IMG/VR virus record: IMGVR_UViG_3300042542_003356
Span: 1,706-65,705 of that record
Direction: 5' to 3' (one strand)
DNA length: 64,000 nt
DNA from: a virus
Lineage: Duplodnaviria > Caudoviricetes
The notes under the pieces were generated by a model. It made no database searches and was not told the DNA's origin. It was given only the letters and a program-made list of their open reading frames with translations. Both the position numbers and the translations under genes were made by a program. Within the stretch, counting starts at the first letter, position 1. Each line of letters begins with the position of its first letter. Of this stretch, positions 48,875-59,354 are shown piece after piece.

Positions 48875-50084
48875 AGTATTTTATGTAGTATCTTTTAACT
48901 GAATAATTTTGAGAAAGTTTTCCTTCAACCTCATCTTCTTTGCATTTTAAAAGCTGAGATATAATCGTTGTTTGTTTCTGAAAACTATCTGTAACTGCAT
49001 TATCTAAGTTTTTTAATAATACTAACTCAGCCATATTGTAGATTGGTAAAACATTTTTCGAAACATCTTTACTATATAGATATTTATTCCAATTTTCAAA
49101 ATCACCAGCCTTTAAACCTAGGTATGGGGCGGGTATTTTTCTATCATATATTATGTCTGCTAAAAGATTTTCATATTTCCTAGTAATTATTTTAGGATTT
49201 ATTTTGTAAAACGGTAATTTATTCATTATCAGATGGGCTTGTTTTATAATTATTTTTACGGTAGTAGGATGTGTGTAAAAGAATTCAATATCTTGAGGTA
49301 AATCTTCTATAGTTAGCTGATTATACACATCTATATAGTCAGTAAAGGTGCTATCAACAAAAGATATGAAGAATCCTGTATCGTCATATCTAACAACTAC
49401 CTTGTCTCTGCCCCAAATATGTGCTACTTTTTTGCTTTCTTTTGTTTTTTTCCACGCGGAATTATAGAGGCTTAAATCTTTGATACGTACAGGAGTCTTA
49501 CCAATCATACCTAATGTGCCCGATGATTTCAAATTTTCATACATGGTTTTTTCTTGTAAATTTATCCAATAATGTGCGTGAGTAGAGAATGAATTATCAA
49601 CTACTGTTAACTTTGTTTTTGGACTATAGGTATCAATAAAATATTGTGCTAATGGTATAGCACATAGCTGGGCTTCATATGCGCTCAGATGTAAAAACTC
49701 AAAATTTTGATCTTCAAGTTTAGCTCGAAAACTTCTATCAAATTGATCTAAGATTAAAATTTCATCTATGAATATACCATTGAACATAAATGTTTCTAAA
49801 ATATTGTGACTGTCACTGCCTCCACTATAGAGTAAGATTAAATAATCATAATCATTTCTAAGCTGTTCGGCTCTTTTTAAGTATAGAGAAGATATAGACT
49901 CTTCTGGTTCTTGTAAAAGATTTAAAGTATTCAAGGCGTTTTCAAAATGCGGTAAACTCCATAAAACAGGGTATTTATCTTCCATAAGCTCAGAAGCTAT
50001 TTTAGCAAATAGCTTAGTAGGATATTGAATATTATTTACTGTATAATAATTATAGTAAGGATTATTTAAGATTTGTGAATTCAT
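48867..50084 (-). CDS. PP-loop protein, subfamily B
   Basis: YDYLILLYSGGSDSH and AHIWG; paralog of 36414-37673. Confidence 0.75.
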   Translation of the reverse strand: MNSQILNNPYYNYYTVNNIQYPTKLFAKIASELMEDKYPVLWSLPHFENALNTLNLLQEPEESISSLYLKRAEQLRNDYDYLILLYSGGSDSHNILETFMFNGIFIDEILILDQFDRSFRAKLEDQNFEFLHLSAYEAQLCAIPLAQYFIDTYSPKTKLTVVDNSFSTHAHYWINLQEKTMYENLKSSGTLGMIGKTPVRIKDLSLYNSAWKKTKESKKVAHIWGRDKVVVRYDDTGFFISFVDSTFTDYIDVYNQLTIEDLPQDIEFFYTHPTTVKIIIKQAHLIMNKLPFYKINPKIITRKYENLLADIIYDRKIPAPYLGLKAGDFENWNKYLYSKDVSKNVLPIYNMAELVLLKNLDNAVTDSFQKQTTIISQLLKCKEDEVEGKLSQNYSVKRYYIKYFD

Positions 50085-51231
50085 ACTCTTTATAAAATCT
50101 AGCTAGTCCGTCCGGAGTTTTTCCTGGTGTTATGAAATATTTGCAATTCTTAGTTACATAGTTTAAACCTTTTCTCCATAAGAGATATTCTAAACTATTA
50201 AAATGTCCTTGTATAAACCAACTATCAAAATTAGAATACCAATCAAAAATAGCTTTTTCTGCTTGAAACCAAGTAGAATTCCAAGTAGTATATAGTAAAG
50301 GTCTTAGTATTCTATCAGAAATAACTCTGCCACCTGCAGACGGTTTAATAAAATATTTTTGAAATCTTGGATTTTGTTTTAACCATTTAGCTATTATATG
50401 AGCTTGTTTGCATAATAGGTCACAAGCATCTGGAGACCAGTAAAAATATTCTATAGTAGTATTAGTATAATCCTTAGCATATTCTCCTATAGGAGTAATA
50501 TTAGCTAATCTATCTGCAAATCTTAATATAATCTTATTATTAGATTCATCTATTATGATGCCTGGCTTATCTACGCCAAGCAATATTGCTATTTTCTTAT
50601 TAAAATCTAATTGAGTTTTAAATTCTGAATATTGTAAATAGTTATATCTAGAAGCATCAATAGGATTTAATTCTTCTCTAACGTGAAACACCCAACTTTC
50701 GTCCATTCGTTTAGAAAAAGCATTAAAAACAGAATCGCTAACATCGAATACTCTTATTTTTGTTTGAGGAGATTGAATTCTAATTTCTTCTAAACGAGGA
50801 AGAGTTTGAAGTGCGTATTCCGAAGCGTAGGCATACTCAGCTGAAAGGTTATTTGGATCAATAATTGCATAATCTTTCATGGCTTTGTTCATGTGAGTAA
50901 CTACTATCTCGTCTACAAAAAGACCTTGTCTTAAAAAAGACATTAGCATATTGTGACTATCTGCGCCGCCACTATAACTTATAATTATGTAATCGTATTG
51001 TTCTCTTAGATTTTTGGCACGCTCATCGTATAACTCATCCAGAGATTTTTCTGGTTCTACTGACCACTGATAGTTATCAAAAACATCATCGTTAAAGTTC
51101 CATTTAACTATATTAAAAGGATTCACGTTAACATTCAGTTTATCTATAACTTTGGTTCCTAGGATACAGGCATCTATTTTAGATGCAAAATTCTGCAACC
51201 CTATAGAGTAATATCCTAGTTTTTTATTCAT
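50062..51231 (-). CDS. PP-loop protein, subfamily A
   Basis: YDYIIISYSGGADSH, VREELNP and EYFYWSPDACDLLCKQAH. Confidence 0.75.
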   Translation of the reverse strand: MNKKLGYYSIGLQNFASKIDACILGTKVIDKLNVNVNPFNIVKWNFNDDVFDNYQWSVEPEKSLDELYDERAKNLREQYDYIIISYSGGADSHNMLMSFLRQGLFVDEIVVTHMNKAMKDYAIIDPNNLSAEYAYASEYALQTLPRLEEIRIQSPQTKIRVFDVSDSVFNAFSKRMDESWVFHVREELNPIDASRYNYLQYSEFKTQLDFNKKIAILLGVDKPGIIIDESNNKIILRFADRLANITPIGEYAKDYTNTTIEYFYWSPDACDLLCKQAHIIAKWLKQNPRFQKYFIKPSAGGRVISDRILRPLLYTTWNSTWFQAEKAIFDWYSNFDSWFIQGHFNSLEYLLWRKGLNYVTKNCKYFITPGKTPDGLARFYKEYEFTNLK

Positions 51232-51680
51232 CCTACGTTAGCAGATAGAGCCTTTATCATTTCTTGAATTTGAGATTCTATATCTTTATCTGATATGACC
51301 TCTAGCTTTTGTGGTGGTGCAGGCTCTTCAGCTACAAACTCTTTGCCTAATAGAGAACTTACTGCTGATAGGGAAGTATCAACATTAGGATTTAGAACAT
51401 CATATCTTAGCTTGAACCAGTCATAGGGAGCAGACTGTTTAGCTAACTCTATTAAATCATCTGCTGTAGGGGGAGGATCCGTTTTCCATATATTGATATT
51501 GTAGTCAGTTATACAACGCCTAGGAGATCCGTCCGGGTTTCTATCTATAGTTTGCTCTCCAGAACTATTAGTAGTGAAAGAGCTAGATAAGTTATCTTCA
51601 GTAAAATAGTCTGTATAATATCTTACAACAATTGAATGTTGAGAGAGATCTGTTTCAATTATTTTAAATTTTACATTCAT
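51228..51680 (-). CDS. hypothetical protein, paralog B (possible adhesin chaperone)
   Basis: QHSIVVRYYTD...SAPYDWF shared with the neighbouring gene. Confidence 0.65.
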   Translation of the reverse strand: MNVKFKIIETDLSQHSIVVRYYTDYFTEDNLSSSFTTNSSGEQTIDRNPDGSPRRCITDYNINIWKTDPPPTADDLIELAKQSAPYDWFKLRYDVLNPNVDTSLSAVSSLLGKEFVAEEPAPPQKLEVISDKDIESQIQEMIKALSANVG

Positions 51681-52156
51681 CCTGAAGCCTCCGGTGCTGT
51701 ATTACTGATTATACGTTGAATTAATTGCTCTATTTCACTCTCAGAAATATTTGCATTTGCATTTGCAATAATAGGCTCTAATCTGATAGGCCTTACAGCT
51801 TCTCTTACCTGCCCTATTAATGAATCTACGACAAACATATCTGTGTCTACATTAGCATCTACGATCTGCTCTTTGAGATCGAACCAGTCGTATGGAGCAC
51901 TGTCATTGATCTGTTGAAAGATTATATCTGTATTTGCTCCCGGTTGAGTAGCACTAACATCCCAGATATTAATACTATAGTCTGTTTGACATCTTTTTGG
52001 GGTCCCATCAGGGCCTCTATCTATTATAGTATTTCCGTCGCTATCAACAACAAAAGATGTTGCTAAACTATCTTCACTGAGGATATCTGTATAATATCTA
52101 ACAACTATAGAGTGCTGATTAACATCTTTATCAAGTATTCTAAATTTAACTGCCAT
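51677..52156 (-). CDS. hypothetical protein, paralog A (possible adhesin chaperone)
   Basis: Start MAVKF at 52156 after GGAGA; QHSIVVRYYTD...SAPYDWF. Confidence 0.65.
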   Translation of the reverse strand: MAVKFRILDKDVNQHSIVVRYYTDILSEDSLATSFVVDSDGNTIIDRGPDGTPKRCQTDYSINIWDVSATQPGANTDIIFQQINDSAPYDWFDLKEQIVDANVDTDMFVVDSLIGQVREAVRPIRLEPIIANANANISESEIEQLIQRIISNTAPEASG

Positions 52157-52835
52157 TGAACGTTCTCCAATTAGACACGGGTTGTATACCATAGGCTCTA
52201 CCTATCTTACGATTATAGGTTAACAAGAAGTCTCCTGCAATAGATATTCTTCTAGGTTTTAGGTCATCAAGGGTTTTACATCCCATGTCTGGCTGACCAG
52301 AGCCATACCCTCCTGTGTGATGATATAGTTTACCTGGAAACATAAATAGCTGTCCTTCTTGCGGTTTAAAAAACCAAGTCGGGCTATTCCAGGTATTCCA
52401 TTCTAAAATATTAGCATTAATCATACCATGAAATAAATCGTTAGGTTTGTGTTCACAAGAAAAATAAATAGGCTTATCTAATCCCTCGGGTATCTGAATA
52501 TAGTAGACAAAAGATAGATGAGCATCTTGATGATTATGTGGTGGTGTGTGAAACTCTGTTATGATATTGAGCCAAGTCTTAACTAGATTAAGACTAAAAA
52601 CGTTTCTATCTAGTTTCAAGGTGTCTAGATACTCACCGGCGCAACTAGCCGCAAAATCAAATAGAGGATCAAACTCTTGATCAAGATGTAAGTCTACATC
52701 TCCTGTAGTTTCCATAGAATATCCATGGGCATCTATATGATGAAACACGCGTTTGAACAAGGCTTGTTTGATAGACTCAGGGTCTGGATGTTTCCATTCT
52801 CCTATAAGAGTAGGAAATAAAGAGTGTGCTATCAT
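52146..52835 (-). CDS. 2OG-Fe(II) oxygenase (TIGR02466-like)
   Basis: LFPT, WLN, HNH, SFVYY, FPG.LYH and RISIA. Confidence 0.8.
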   Translation of the reverse strand: MIAHSLFPTLIGEWKHPDPESIKQALFKRVFHHIDAHGYSMETTGDVDLHLDQEFDPLFDFAASCAGEYLDTLKLDRNVFSLNLVKTWLNIITEFHTPPHNHQDAHLSFVYYIQIPEGLDKPIYFSCEHKPNDLFHGMINANILEWNTWNSPTWFFKPQEGQLFMFPGKLYHHTGGYGSGQPDMGCKTLDDLKPRRISIAGDFLLTYNRKIGRAYGIQPVSNWRTFNGS

Positions 52836-53713
52836 CCAATCGGTCCATTTCTTGTGCCTGTTGCTATATATTTGATATTCGAATTACCGGAAACGGAGTT
52901 TCCCTGCGGGCCTGTAGAGCCATTGGGACCAGCAGATCCGCCAGCCTTACCACCGTTTGCACTTCCTAGTGGATAATCGGTATTTGATCCTCCAGCGGTT
53001 CCGGCTGCTCCAAGATTACCTCCAGGTCCTCCGGCACCTGCCACCATAGTAGAGCCTCCGCCACCAGGACTACCTGCTCCTCCTGTAGTACTAGTTCCGC
53101 TGCTACCAGGAGTATTTCCGGCTCCTCCGGCTCCTGCAGGAGAGCCTGCTCCGCCACCTCCTCCACCGCCTCTATAGTAATCATAATATGCAGGAACACC
53201 CTTACTAGCAGGATTAAAGGTATACCCGGCAGCTCCGCCCCCACCACCGCCTCCACCACCACTACCTCCAGGCCCTCCAGAACCTCCAGTAAGTGTTCCA
53301 CTAGCATTATCTAGGATAGTTACAAGACCAGAAACAGTATCGGCTGTAAAAGCAGGACCTCCTGTTCCACCAGGAGTCCCAGAAGTACCAGCACTACCTA
53401 CTGTAGAGTTAATAACAGGTCCTGCTACTGTAGACCCTATACCTCCGGCTCCGCCTGCTCCATTAGGGCCAGTAGATCCCGTAGCTCCTGTAATAGTAGT
53501 GCTATTTTGAATATATAGCAAAGATCCAGCAGACCAACTAGACCCCGTTCTAAAAGCAGGAGTCGCTGTAGCTGTACTAGATATTGGAGCTGTTATAAAA
53601 CAGTAGAGATCTAAGGGATAGGTTACGCCCTCAGAAGTATAGAGATTATAATCACTAGCAGGGCTAGAAAGTCTTACTACTTTTTGAGGTCTAGGAATAA
53701 ACGCTAGTAACAT
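52832..53713 (-). CDS. glycine-rich gp38-like adhesin (short)
   Basis: Polyglycine tracts and the C-terminus [23 protein letters not shown]; paralog of 54346-55770. Confidence 0.65.
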   Translation of the reverse strand: MLLAFIPRPQKVVRLSSPASDYNLYTSEGVTYPLDLYCFITAPISSTATATPAFRTGSSWSAGSLLYIQNSTTITGATGSTGPNGAGGAGGIGSTVAGPVINSTVGSAGTSGTPGGTGGPAFTADTVSGLVTILDNASGTLTGGSGGPGGSGGGGGGGGGAAGYTFNPASKGVPAYYDYYRGGGGGGGAGSPAGAGGAGNTPGSSGTSTTGGAGSPGGGGSTMVAGAGGPGGNLGAAGTAGGSNTDYPLGSANGGKAGGSAGPNGSTGPQGNSVSGNSNIKYIATGTRNGPIG

Positions 53714-53721
53714 ACATCTCC

Positions 53722-54339
53722 TTATATGAATTTAGGCCCAGTTACCCAAACTACTATGGATCTACGTATACCTTCTACTACAGGAGTAACTCTGTGTATC
53801 ATAAAAGATGGAAAGGCAATAATTCTACCACGAGGAAAAGGCACAGTCTCTGCCTCTTCTTCCATTCCGAGATTAAGTTGAAAAGAGCCACCCCTGTAGT
53901 CTTCCTCTGGTTTAGAAAGATTTAAAACTAGAGATAGTTTTCTAGTTTCTATTAAGGTGTTAGCTCCTAGCTGGGTATCCATATGCCAATCATATCTACC
54001 TAATTTACTGCTGTCGTATTCAGTATACTGAAAAGAGTCATATCCATTAAGATTAAATCCATAAAATCTTTCATTCAATCTCATGATTATATCATTAAAT
54101 CTATCAAATATCCAAGCAGTATTGTTATCTCTGTGGTGAAAATGGGTTTGAGATACTCTAACTCGTTCTACTTCTTCTTGATTACTTGTCCCCATAATTG
54201 TAGAGGGCTCTGCACCTTTAGACAAACAATATTGAGTTATTTGATCTAACTCTCTATCTGTAAATGCTTGATCCCAATATACCCAACTATAGGTATTTTG
54301 AGACCTTTCTCTTGGGTCGTTATAAATATTTTTGTACAC
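53722..54339 (-). CDS. 2OG-Fe(II) oxygenase (prolyl-hydroxylase/PKHD-like)
   Basis: WHMD, RKLS and FPSF..HRVTPV..G.R.S.V.W..GP. Confidence 0.88.
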   Translation of the reverse strand: MYKNIYNDPRERSQNTYSWVYWDQAFTDRELDQITQYCLSKGAEPSTIMGTSNQEEVERVRVSQTHFHHRDNNTAWIFDRFNDIIMRLNERFYGFNLNGYDSFQYTEYDSSKLGRYDWHMDTQLGANTLIETRKLSLVLNLSKPEEDYRGGSFQLNLGMEEEAETVPFPRGRIIAFPSFMIHRVTPVVEGIRRSIVVWVTGPKFI

Positions 54340-54345
54340 TAATTT

Positions 54346-55770
54346 TCATCCTACAGGACCGTTCCTGGTTCCTGTTGCTATATATGTAATATTCGAATTA
54401 CCGGAAACGGAGTTTCCTTGCGCGCCGTTTGTTCCAGCAGGTCCGGTAGGTCCTGTAGGTCCAACAGCTCCAACTGGGCCGGTAGGACCAGTTGGTCCAG
54501 TGGGTCCAGTAGGGCCTGTAGCTCCGGTAGGACCAACGCTCCCGGCCGGACCGGTAGGTCCGGTAGCGCCTGCAGCACCTCCTCCACGTGCTCCGTATGT
54601 AGTAGGATAAGCGCCTCCGCCTGCAGACCCTGAACTACCAGCAGCTCCTAAATTACCTCCAGCGCCACCAGCACCTGCCGCACTTCCGGTTCCGCCGCCT
54701 CCGGCACCTCCGGCGCCGCCTGTTGTTGAACCCGAAGATGTTGTAGTGCCCGCAGAGCCTGCTGCTCCTGCAGGACCTCCCGCAGGACCTCCAAGACCGC
54801 CAGCAGCTCCAGGAGTGCCAGCACCTCCGCCGCCTCCGCCTCCGCCGAAATAATTAGTAAAGGGTACGCCTTTACTAGGAACAGTTGTATAACCCATGGC
54901 TCCGCCGCCACCACCGCCGCCACCGCCAGTTCCGCCAGGGCCTCCAGCTCCAGCTGGTCCTCCTGGACCTCCGGGCCCTCCTGGACCACCGGGACCACCT
55001 GGGCCACCAGGACCTCCTGGACCGGCAGGACCACCTGGACCACCTGGACCTCCTGGACCGCCGGTTCCGCCTGCGCCACCTGTTAAAGTTCCTGATCCGT
55101 TATCTAAGAGAACTCTAACATTAGGATTAGAGCCTGCCAGAAAAGATATACCACCAGGACCTGCAGGAGTACCAGTACCTCCAGTTCCACCAGGACCTCC
55201 ATTGCCACCAGGACCTCCGGTTCCACCAGGACCTCCAGTCCCTCCGGTTCCGCCAGTAACTCCTGTTCCTCCAGTCCCTCCGGGACCTCCTGTTTCTCCG
55301 GTACCACCCACAGATCCTGCCGTTCCAAGGTTATCTAAAGCATTACCTCTACCGCCAGCACCGCCAGCACCGGGAGTACCTGTCGATCCTGTAGCTCCTG
55401 GGGTTCCCGTAGCACCTGTCGATCCAGTAGTACCAGGAGTTCCTGTAGTACCTGTTGTTCCTGTAGTGCCAGGAGTCCCTGTAGTACCAGGAGTTCCTAT
55501 AACACCGTTAGGACCTGTGCCTCCTGTGATGGTGCTGGTATTTTTAATATAGATATCTGTTCCGCCATGATAACCAGTTCCAGTCTGAAAAGCTGGAGTC
55601 GTATTAGCTGTAGCGCCGATGCTAGCAGTAACAAAACAGTATAGATTATGAGGATAAGTAATACTACCAGCTACTACGCCTACATTACCTGTGGCAGTAT
55701 AGAGATTAAAATCATTAGTAGATCCGGTTACATTTACTACTTTTATGGGTCTAAGAATAGGAACTAACAT
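54346..55770 (-). CDS. glycine-rich gp38-like adhesin (long, Gly-X-Y expanded)
   Basis: GTP/GTT, GGP and GPT triplet tracts; same termini as 52832-53713. Confidence 0.65.
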   Translation of the reverse strand: MLVPILRPIKVVNVTGSTNDFNLYTATGNVGVVAGSITYPHNLYCFVTASIGATANTTPAFQTGTGYHGGTDIYIKNTSTITGGTGPNGVIGTPGTTGTPGTTGTTGTTGTPGTTGSTGATGTPGATGSTGTPGAGGAGGRGNALDNLGTAGSVGGTGETGGPGGTGGTGVTGGTGGTGGPGGTGGPGGNGGPGGTGGTGTPAGPGGISFLAGSNPNVRVLLDNGSGTLTGGAGGTGGPGGPGGPGGPAGPGGPGGPGGPGGPGGPGGPGGPAGAGGPGGTGGGGGGGGGAMGYTTVPSKGVPFTNYFGGGGGGGGAGTPGAAGGLGGPAGGPAGAAGSAGTTTSSGSTTGGAGGAGGGGTGSAAGAGGAGGNLGAAGSSGSAGGGAYPTTYGARGGGAAGATGPTGPAGSVGPTGATGPTGPTGPTGPTGPVGAVGPTGPTGPAGTNGAQGNSVSGNSNITYIATGTRNGPVG

Positions 55771-55772
55771 GA

Positions 55773-56840
55773 TTACCTCACATCAGGAATCATAGCACCG
55801 TATAGGTTTGTCCCGTCTGATATAAAAGAAAATACGTCACGTCTTCCTACTACTGTTGAAAGAGTAGGGGCTACTGCGGCTGTCCATTTGAATACTCCAT
55901 TCCATGTAATAGTATAAGAACCTGTTCCTCCTTGAATTACATGAAGAATATAAGTTCCTACTCTAAGATTTGTAGGAGCTCCCATGGTTCTACTAGCTCC
56001 TAAAGTAACTGTGGCTATTTGGCCTAAAGAAGTATCCCATGATATAGTTGCCGCATCAGTCAGAGTTTGTTGTAGTATATTAGCTTTTGCAAAACTTACA
56101 TTAGTATTAAAGGTTGCTAAATTAGCCGAAAAACTAATATTAGAATTTAAATAAGTATAGCTACTAAAATCATTAGATAACGCTGCAAGATAAGTAGTAT
56201 AGTCGTTACCACGCGCAGTTAGGAGCGTAGCACCGTCATTAGATAACGCTGCTAGATAAGTAGTATAGTCGTTACCTCGTGCAGTTAAAAGTGTAGCACC
56301 GTCATTAGCAGCTAGTGTAGAATAAGTATTCCAATCGTTACCACGTGCAGTTAAAAGCGTAGCGCCGTCATTAGCCTGAGCGTTAAGATAAGTAGCATAA
56401 TCGTTGGATAGAGCTGCAAGATAAGTAGTATAGTCGTTACCGCGTGCAGTTAAAAGCGTAGCGCCGTCATTAGATAACGCTGCTAGATAAGTAGTATAGT
56501 CGTTACCACGTGCAGTTAGCAGAGTAGCGCCGTCGTTACCACGTGCAGTTAAAAGTGTAGCACCGTCATTAGATAACGCTGCTAGATAAGTAGTATAGTC
56601 GTTACCACGTGCAGTTAGCAGAGTAGCGCCGTCATTCGCTGCAAGTGTGGAATAAGTATTCCAGTCGTTGCTGCGCGCAGTTAGGAGCGTAGCACCGTCG
56701 TTAGCTAAAACATTTACGGAGTTGACTACAACAGACGTGAAAGCTACACTATTAGAACTATGTAGTCCTAAAGCGGCTTGCGCACTGGCTTGAGTAGATT
56801 CACCTGTTCCGCCAAGATATATGGGAACTCTAGTTACCAT
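55773..56840 (-). CDS. fibre protein with ND repeats and a C-terminal domain shared with 5703-6620
   Basis: [22 protein letters not shown] repeats and QTLTD.ATISWD...PDVR. Confidence 0.72.
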   Translation of the reverse strand: MVTRVPIYLGGTGESTQASAQAALGLHSSNSVAFTSVVVNSVNVLANDGATLLTARSNDWNTYSTLAANDGATLLTARGNDYTTYLAALSNDGATLLTARGNDGATLLTARGNDYTTYLAALSNDGATLLTARGNDYTTYLAALSNDYATYLNAQANDGATLLTARGNDWNTYSTLAANDGATLLTARGNDYTTYLAALSNDGATLLTARGNDYTTYLAALSNDFSSYTYLNSNISFSANLATFNTNVSFAKANILQQTLTDAATISWDTSLGQIATVTLGASRTMGAPTNLRVGTYILHVIQGGTGSYTITWNGVFKWTAAVAPTLSTVVGRRDVFSFISDGTNLYGAMIPDVR

Positions 56841-56867
56841 TAAAACTCCTATACTATTTTATCTATT

Positions 56868-56896
56868 ATTTTAATAGTAACAGATAACTTTGTCGA
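56868..56896 (-). promoter_or_regulatory. sigma70-type promoter
   Basis: TCGACA, 17 bp spacer, TAAAAT, upstream of an AGGAG SD. Confidence 0.5.
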
Positions 56897-56904
56897 TTTT
56901 TATA

Positions 56905-57324
56905 TTATTCATTTAACGTTGGCCATGTGATACTAAAGAAAGTTGACTGTTTTGTGACATCCGCAAGAGCTTGTATGTATCTATCTAAATTTTCTATGGT
57001 ATCTATTTGTGGAATATTTAATCTTTCGTGCCTATAATATCTAGCATATCTCCACTCTACTTCTCGTATTCTTTTATCTCTTTCTAATCTAACAATATTC
57101 CATTCATTTAAAAGATCTTCTTCATTTTTATCTGAAATAAGCCAAGAAGACCCTGACCATTCAAGTTTTTGTGTTACTGATATTTCTGGAGGATTATCTA
57201 CTTTTCTATATCCTATTAGTGCTAGATCGTCGTCAGTGATATCATCCGTTTTAGTTAATCCGTTAGGAAGTCGTATTCTAGAGGGTTTAGGTTCCGGGTA
57301 TTTACCTTTATATGTATACAGCAT
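56905..57324 (-). CDS. tail fibre assembly chaperone-like protein
   Basis: W..VR.ERD...Y.QALADVT.Q......WP. Confidence 0.75.
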   Translation of the reverse strand: MLYTYKGKYPEPKPSRIRLPNGLTKTDDITDDDLALIGYRKVDNPPEISVTQKLEWSGSSWLISDKNEEDLLNEWNIVRLERDKRIREVEWRYARYYRHERLNIPQIDTIENLDRYIQALADVTKQSTFFSITWPTLNE

Positions 57325-57332
57325 TTAAACTC

Positions 57333-58991
57333 CTAAAAAGGGACAGTAGAGGTACTAAATTGTGCCGGTGAGGTGCTATCATTTCCAGAAGAGGCTCTCA
57401 TAGATCCTTTAAATCTATTAGAGCTAAAATCTACATCCCAAAGTTGATTAATACTTACCAAAAGAGCTGTATTAGATACAGCAGTAAGAGTAGATAAAGG
57501 AGGCGTAAAGTTTGATGTATAAATAGCTGTGCCTTTTATTACTCTAAAATTAGAAAGATATCCTGTTAAATAGTCTGAATTAAAACTATTTCTACCTATA
57601 TTTATATTCCTATCTGTAGAGTAGTTATTATTATCTGTTGCATAAGTATCTAAAACTCCATCTACCCAAAGTCTTAAGTTACTACTCTGTCTGGATATAG
57701 CACAGTGATGCCAGGAACTATCTGCGATAGTTATAGTTCCATGAGTATTTGTAGTCCCCCAACGTAATTTAGTGCCTGTGCCTCCTATCCCTCCAGTAGT
57801 AACGTGAGGATTAGTAGAGGTTAAAGCTTGTCTATTACAGTAAAAAAATTTATTAACCTGAGCAGCTCCATTAAACCAAAACTCAATAGTAAAGTCTCCA
57901 GAACCAAGAGTGTATGCACTCGGAACAGTAGCATTATCGGTTGTAAAATATCTACCTCCATCAAAATATAAACTTGATGTTACTGCCTTATATATTTTAA
58001 CTCTACCATCAGCTCCACTAGTTCCTTGGGCAGCATTTCCTCCCCTACCTGCAAGATTACCCATATCACTATCCGCGATAACTCCAGGAGCAGCACCAGA
58101 CCCTACTGTAGTTGTACCACCTACAACGCCATTAGCTGTTGTTCCTAATCTTCCAGATCCTCCACCTCCTCCTCCCACGTTTCCCCCTCCGCCACCAAAA
58201 TAACCACCTCCGCCTCCTCCAAGAGAGGCCTGCGAAGCTGCATCTTTTTGAGCTACACCTCCGGTTAAAGCAGAGCCTGCAGTAGCCCCGTTAAATGAAG
58301 ACGCCGAGCCTCCGGCGGACTGAGATCCTCCACCTCCACCCTGCGATCCAGAAGAAGTTGCTGCACCACTACTACCTCCTCCAGCACCTCCTACTCCACC
58401 TACAGAAGTAGCACCTCCCGCCCCACCGCCTCCTGCAATAATCAAACTATTAGCTTGACTTACTACAGTGCGAAATATTCCTGTGTATCCTCCGCCTTGT
58501 GTACCTCCATAAGTAGTGCTAGTTCTACCTATACCGCCGGCGATATAGCTAGCACCATTACTAGCGTTATTAGACCTTATACCTCCTTGTCCAATCTGCA
58601 AAACATAAGTATTACCTGCTAAAAAAGATATAGCACCTTGACTAAAACCCCCGCCTCCTCCATCGCCTTGTTCAGAGGTAGAAGTTATACCTTGTCCATA
58701 GTTATAACCTCTAGCACCTCCAGCACCTCTCATTTTTACTATTACATCTACGTTTCTATTAGCGACAATAGTATATTGACCGTAGGTATTAACATCTAAA
58801 GTTCCATGAATTGAAAAATCCCACTCAAGAGTATTATTAACAGAGGGAGTTATAGAAAAATCACTATTAATAACAGCAGGCCACTTATTACCACCAGTTA
58901 GTGTTTGTTGGTCTATCTGATTGAATATACCAGAAGCTGAGTCTCTAGATGGATTTTGTAAGGGTCCTATAATACCGCTATTTCCTCTCAT
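57333..58991 (-). CDS. glycine-rich plus LamG-domain virion protein
   Basis: GAGG/GGGGG tracts and DFTIEFW...WHHCA...GYLSNFRVIKG.A.YT.NFTPP. Confidence 0.75.
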   Translation of the reverse strand: MRGNSGIIGPLQNPSRDSASGIFNQIDQQTLTGGNKWPAVINSDFSITPSVNNTLEWDFSIHGTLDVNTYGQYTIVANRNVDVIVKMRGAGGARGYNYGQGITSTSEQGDGGGGGFSQGAISFLAGNTYVLQIGQGGIRSNNASNGASYIAGGIGRTSTTYGGTQGGGYTGIFRTVVSQANSLIIAGGGGAGGATSVGGVGGAGGGSSGAATSSGSQGGGGGSQSAGGSASSFNGATAGSALTGGVAQKDAASQASLGGGGGGYFGGGGGNVGGGGGGSGRLGTTANGVVGGTTTVGSGAAPGVIADSDMGNLAGRGGNAAQGTSGADGRVKIYKAVTSSLYFDGGRYFTTDNATVPSAYTLGSGDFTIEFWFNGAAQVNKFFYCNRQALTSTNPHVTTGGIGGTGTKLRWGTTNTHGTITIADSSWHHCAISRQSSNLRLWVDGVLDTYATDNNNYSTDRNINIGRNSFNSDYLTGYLSNFRVIKGTAIYTSNFTPPLSTLTAVSNTALLVSINQLWDVDFSSNRFKGSMRASSGNDSTSPAQFSTSTVPF

Positions 58992-59350
58992 CAGCTAATC
59001 TCCTCATAAGAACATACAGCTTGTAAATCTCCGTTAGCACTAGCAGTCAATCTTATAGTGTCATTTTCTTCTAGATACAAGGTCGTGTCTTTGGATAAGA
59101 CAACAAGAGAAGCGTCTGCTGGGACCGATACTGTATGAGCAAATTTCCATTCTACACTAGATCTATAAACACTAGCAGTAATATCTGCTGTATTAGCTCC
59201 ATCTATATTAGATATTATTAGAGAGTTAATCTTAAAAACTTTACCACTTGCAGCAGAATTTGTTACTATATCTGAAGCAATAGTAGTTACATTTGCTACT
59301 GCAGTTTTACCTGTGATTGTTGCTACGTTTACTATATTAGGGGCCGCCAT
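58991..59350 (-). CDS. small virion-associated protein
   Basis: MAAPNIVNV.TI.GKT...VPADASL...YLEE.D...SYEEIS, a recurrent phage family found next to fibre genes. Confidence 0.65.
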   Translation of the reverse strand: MAAPNIVNVATITGKTAVANVTTIASDIVTNSAASGKVFKINSLIISNIDGANTADITASVYRSSVEWKFAHTVSVPADASLVVLSKDTTLYLEENDTIRLTASANGDLQAVCSYEEIS

Positions 59351-59354
59351 GCTC

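Noticed and set aside
35782-51231. Canonical lasso-peptide or 7-deazaguanine cluster
   Set aside because: No B1/B2 leader peptidase or RRE, no clear precursor and no QueD/QueE/FolE/DpdA are seen. The PP-loop proteins also lack the C-terminal Cys cluster of QueC.
54896-55552. Plus-strand 218-aa Pro-rich 'collagen' ORF and similar overlapping ORFs at 54332-54633 and 57910-58203
   Set aside because: They are antisense shadows of Gly-rich genes (GGN codons read as CCN) and have no SD or operon context.
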